Below are positions 61,356 through 64,000 of a DNA stretch of 64,000 nucleotides, piece by piece. The DNA comes from an uncultured bacterium (GTDB lineage Bacteria > Patescibacteriota > Minisyncoccia > Phycocordibacterales > CAIRYW01): NCBI GenBank assembly GCA_963766885.1, contig CAVYBO010000002.1:86097-150096 (forward strand). The letters are read 5' to 3'. Position 1 is the first letter of the stretch, and every line of letters starts with the position of its first letter. A program made the position numbers and the translations under genes. The notes beneath the pieces were generated by a model. The model was given only the letters and a program-made list of their open reading frames with translations, did not search any database and was not told the DNA's origin.

Positions 61356-62222
61356 ATGTTAGAAAAATATCCAATTAGAAAAATTGAGGCCAAAGACTTA
61401 TCTTTGAGCCTGCTTGAAATTCCTGAACCGCCAGGCACACTATATATACGTGGCAATCTTCCACCCCAAAATTTTATTTATCTCACAGTTGTCGGTTCTC
61501 GAAAAGCAAGCTCCTACGGCAAAGACGCAACCAAGAAAATTATCTCCGGGCTGGCAGGATACCCGATAGTAATTGTCTCTGGACTTGCAATTGGGATTGA
61601 TTCAATCGCTCACAACGCTGCATTGGATGCTGGAATTTTTACAATGTCTTTTCCAGGTTCAGGACTCGGAGAAAAATTTATTGCGCCAAGCAGCCATTTG
61701 CCATTGGCCAAAAATATTTTAGATGCCGGCGGCTGCTTAGTTTCAGAAATGAATTCTGATGAACATGGCCAAGCCTGGACATTCCCAAGACGCAACCGTT
61801 TGATGGCGGGAATTTCCAAAGCCGTGCTAGTAGTAGAAGCAGAAAAACCATCAGGCACGTTGATTACCTCCAAGCTTGCAACCGATTATAATCGTGACGT
61901 TTTTGCCGTACCTGGCAGCATTTTTTCCAAAAACTCAGAAGGTCCGCATATGCTGATAAAACTTGGAGCAACACCTGTGGAAAATTCTGACGATGTTTTG
62001 GAAGCACTTGGCATCAAACCAAGCAACGCTGTGGGACAATTACCGCTATTAGATTTATCCAAAGAAGAAAAAACTTTATTAGATATTCTAGCCGTCCCCT
62101 CGAGTCGTGATGAAATCTCAGAAAAATTGGATTGGGATATTTCTAAAATTTCAGAAACTTTAACTCTCCTTGAAATAAAGGGAGTAATAAAAGAACACTT
62201 GGGCAAAATACATCTTGCGTAG
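61356..62222 (+). CDS. dprA: DNA-processing protein DprA (Smf)
   Basis: The ORF has a Rossmann-like DprA core (VVGSRKASSYG ... IVSGLAIGIDSIAH) and a C-terminal winged helix. Confidence 0.85.
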   Translation: MLEKYPIRKIEAKDLSLSLLEIPEPPGTLYIRGNLPPQNFIYLTVVGSRKASSYGKDATKKIISGLAGYPIVIVSGLAIGIDSIAHNAALDAGIFTMSFPGSGLGEKFIAPSSHLPLAKNILDAGGCLVSEMNSDEHGQAWTFPRRNRLMAGISKAVLVVEAEKPSGTLITSKLATDYNRDVFAVPGSIFSKNSEGPHMLIKLGATPVENSDDVLEALGIKPSNAVGQLPLLDLSKEEKTLLDILAVPSSRDEISEKLDWDISKISETLTLLEIKGVIKEHLGKIHLA

Positions 62223-62297
62223 CAGATAAATTTGCAAAAAAAATGAGGTGCGTGTAATACTTATCGCACAAGTATAAATATCAAGTGAATATATAGT

Positions 62298-64000
62298 ATG
62301 AAATTAGTAATCGTAGAATCCCCTGCCAAAGCCAAAACGATCAGCAAATATCTGGGCAAAGATTATGAAGTCAAAGCTTCAGTTGGCCACGTGCGTGATT
62401 TGCCCAAATCAAACAAAACTGCCATAGACATTGAAGGCGGTTTTATTCCTCATTACGAAATTTCCAAAGGCAAAGAGCACGTTATTGCCGAGATTAGAAA
62501 GCTTGCAAGCAAAGCAACTGAAGTGCTTCTTGCCACCGACCCTGACCGAGAAGGAGAAGCGATTGCTTGGCATCTTAAAGAATTAATTATTGATAAAAAA
62601 AGCAAAAAGCCGATAAAAAGAATTTCATATACCGAAATCACTAAGGAAGCGATTGAAGAAGCCTTAAAAAATCCCCGTGAAATTGATGAAGATTTACGTA
62701 AAGCTCAAGAGGCCCGCAGAGTTTTGGACAGGCTTGTTGGATACGATTTATCTGGAATTATTTGGAAAAAAGTTCGCTACGGACTTTCTGCCGGCCGCGT
62801 TCAATCTCCAGCCCTGCGAATAATAATGGAACGCGAAAGAGAAGTCAGAGCATTTAAACCAGAAGAATATTTTGTAATTTCAGGTGAATTCCAAACCGAA
62901 AAAAGGGAAAAATTATTTCTAGAATGTGAAGAAAAACCGAATGAACGCAAGGAAGCCGAAAGAATTTTGGAACTGGCTAAAGCAGAAAAATGGAATGTCA
63001 AAAGTGTTGACAAAACAGAAGTTAAACGTTCGCCGCGCCCACCATTTATTACATCAACCCTTCAACAAACAGCTTCTACTCGCCTTGGATATTCTCCTTC
63101 CAACACAATGCGTATTGCTCAAAAGCTTTACGAAGGTGGGCACATCACATATATGAGAACAGACAGTCCAAACCTAAGTGCCTACGCAATAGAATCAATC
63201 GCAGGAAAAATCAAAAAAACATACGGTGAAAAATATCTTGATTCAAAAAATTTTGCCTCCAAATCCAAGAATGCTCAGGAAGCTCACGAAGCGATTCGTC
63301 CATCAGATATTTTTAAGGAAAATTCAGGCACAAGTGATGATGAGAAAAAGCTTTACAGATTAATTTGGCAACGCACAATTGCAAGCCAAATGTCCTCTGC
63401 ATTAACCGAGCGTACAAAAGTCAGTGCAAATATTTCTTCAAATTCTATTCCTGATTTTTCGGCAACAGGATCAATCATACTTTTTGATGGATGGCTCAAA
63501 GCCGATCCCGAAGGCCGCGGTGAAGATAAAATAATGCCAAGCATTAAAGCAAAAGACCCTCTCAAAGCTATAGAGATAAATTCGGAAGAGAAATGGACTG
63601 AACCGCCGGGCAGATATTCTGAAGCTGGATTGATTAAAGAGTTGGAAAAAAGAGGAATCGGCAGGCCTTCAACATACGCTTCAATTATCCGCACACTTGA
63701 AACAAGAGAATACGTCACCAAAGAAAACAAGGCTCTCAAGCCAACTGATACTGGCGACGTAGTTTCAACTTTCCTTGAAGCTAATTTTACACACTATATA
63801 AGTGATGTATTTACAGCGGAAATGGAAGAAAAACTCGATGATATTGCCGATGGCAAAGCGGAGTATGTAAAAACGCTAGAAAATTATTATAGACCCCTCC
63901 ATAAAGAAGTTTTAGAAAAAGATAAGCTAGACAAGGCAACAACGTTCGGCGAAGCCGATCCAAAATTCAAATGCCCAAAATGCGGAAGTTCAATGCTAGT
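62298..64000 (+). CDS. topA: DNA topoisomerase I (3' end beyond window)
   Basis: MKLVIVESPAKAKTISKYLG ... has a TOPRIM domain, and the active-site region continues in frame to the window end (... KCPKCGSS zinc ribbon). Confidence 0.9.
   Translation, partial: MKLVIVESPAKAKTISKYLGKDYEVKASVGHVRDLPKSNKTAIDIEGGFIPHYEISKGKEHVIAEIRKLASKATEVLLATDPDREGEAIAWHLKELIIDKKSKKPIKRISYTEITKEAIEEALKNPREIDEDLRKAQEARRVLDRLVGYDLSGIIWKKVRYGLSAGRVQSPALRIIMEREREVRAFKPEEYFVISGEFQTEKREKLFLECEEKPNERKEAERILELAKAEKWNVKSVDKTEVKRSPRPPFITSTLQQTASTRLGYSPSNTMRIAQKLYEGGHITYMRTDSPNLSAYAIESIAGKIKKTYGEKYLDSKNFASKSKNAQEAHEAIRPSDIFKENSGTSDDEKKLYRLIWQRTIASQMSSALTERTKVSANISSNSIPDFSATGSIILFDGWLKADPEGRGEDKIMPSIKAKDPLKAIEINSEEKWTEPPGRYSEAGLIKELEKRGIGRPSTYASIIRTLETREYVTKENKALKPTDTGDVVSTFLEANFTHYISDVFTAEMEEKLDDIADGKAEYVKTLENYYRPLHKEVLEKDKLDKATTFGEADPKFKCPKCGSSML

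Noticed and set aside
62223-62297. A hairpin gtgcg ... cgcac between dprA and topA as a terminator.
   Set aside because: It is a 5-bp stem with a 12-nt loop and no U-run. dprA-topA are commonly co-transcribed.

Overview
This window is an AT-rich, gene-dense contig with short intergenic spacers. By eye it is roughly one-third GC. The gene repertoire looks like a small-genome Candidate Phyla Radiation (Patescibacteria-like) bacterium: compact housekeeping genes, minimalist AlaRS and ATP synthase delta and epsilon, an archaeal-type UMP kinase, a SWIB-domain protein, sigma-70 region-4-like proteins, and no biosynthetic operons. Core content is three aminoacyl-tRNA synthetases (alaS, leuS, serS) and a complete F1Fo ATP synthase operon whose gamma subunit is broken by two frameshifts. 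There is a uvrB/uvrA/uvrC row, a DNA-repair trio (family-4 UDG, MGMT-like, Cas4-like nuclease), and a partial riboflavin module. Cell-wall genes include ddl, MltG, and M15 and S11 peptidases. A MacAB-like efflux set, a membrane-anchored ClpB-like ATPase with an FtsQ-like neighbour, dprA/topA, dnaX, tgt, mnmA, dus, ychF and ahcY are also present. Two tRNAs are present: tRNA-Ala(TGC) on the minus strand and tRNA-Gln(TTG) on the plus strand. The most unusual signals are four. First, a complete NUDIX domain with a perfect NUDIX box is inserted inside leuS. Second, a tightly packed alaS-methyltransferase-NDT/DNPH1-like-NUDIX-NUDIX operon gives a recurring aaRS-NUDIX association. Third, several small patches of strongly deviating GC lie in this AT-rich genome. 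The strongest is a roughly 0.7 kb island of about 60% GC that carries a secreted-protein gene and its own GC-rich terminator beside dnaX. A second mid-GC gene nearby has its own promoter and a long inverted repeat. Both lie downstream of tRNA-Gln, next to an AT-rich methyltransferase and a 978-aa secreted cadherin-like, peptidoglycan-binding protein. Fourth, two likely pseudogenes or sequencing errors are present: atpG, and a YdeN-type hydrolase frameshifted in a 7-nt homopolymer. No CRISPR array, rRNA or obvious transposase was seen.
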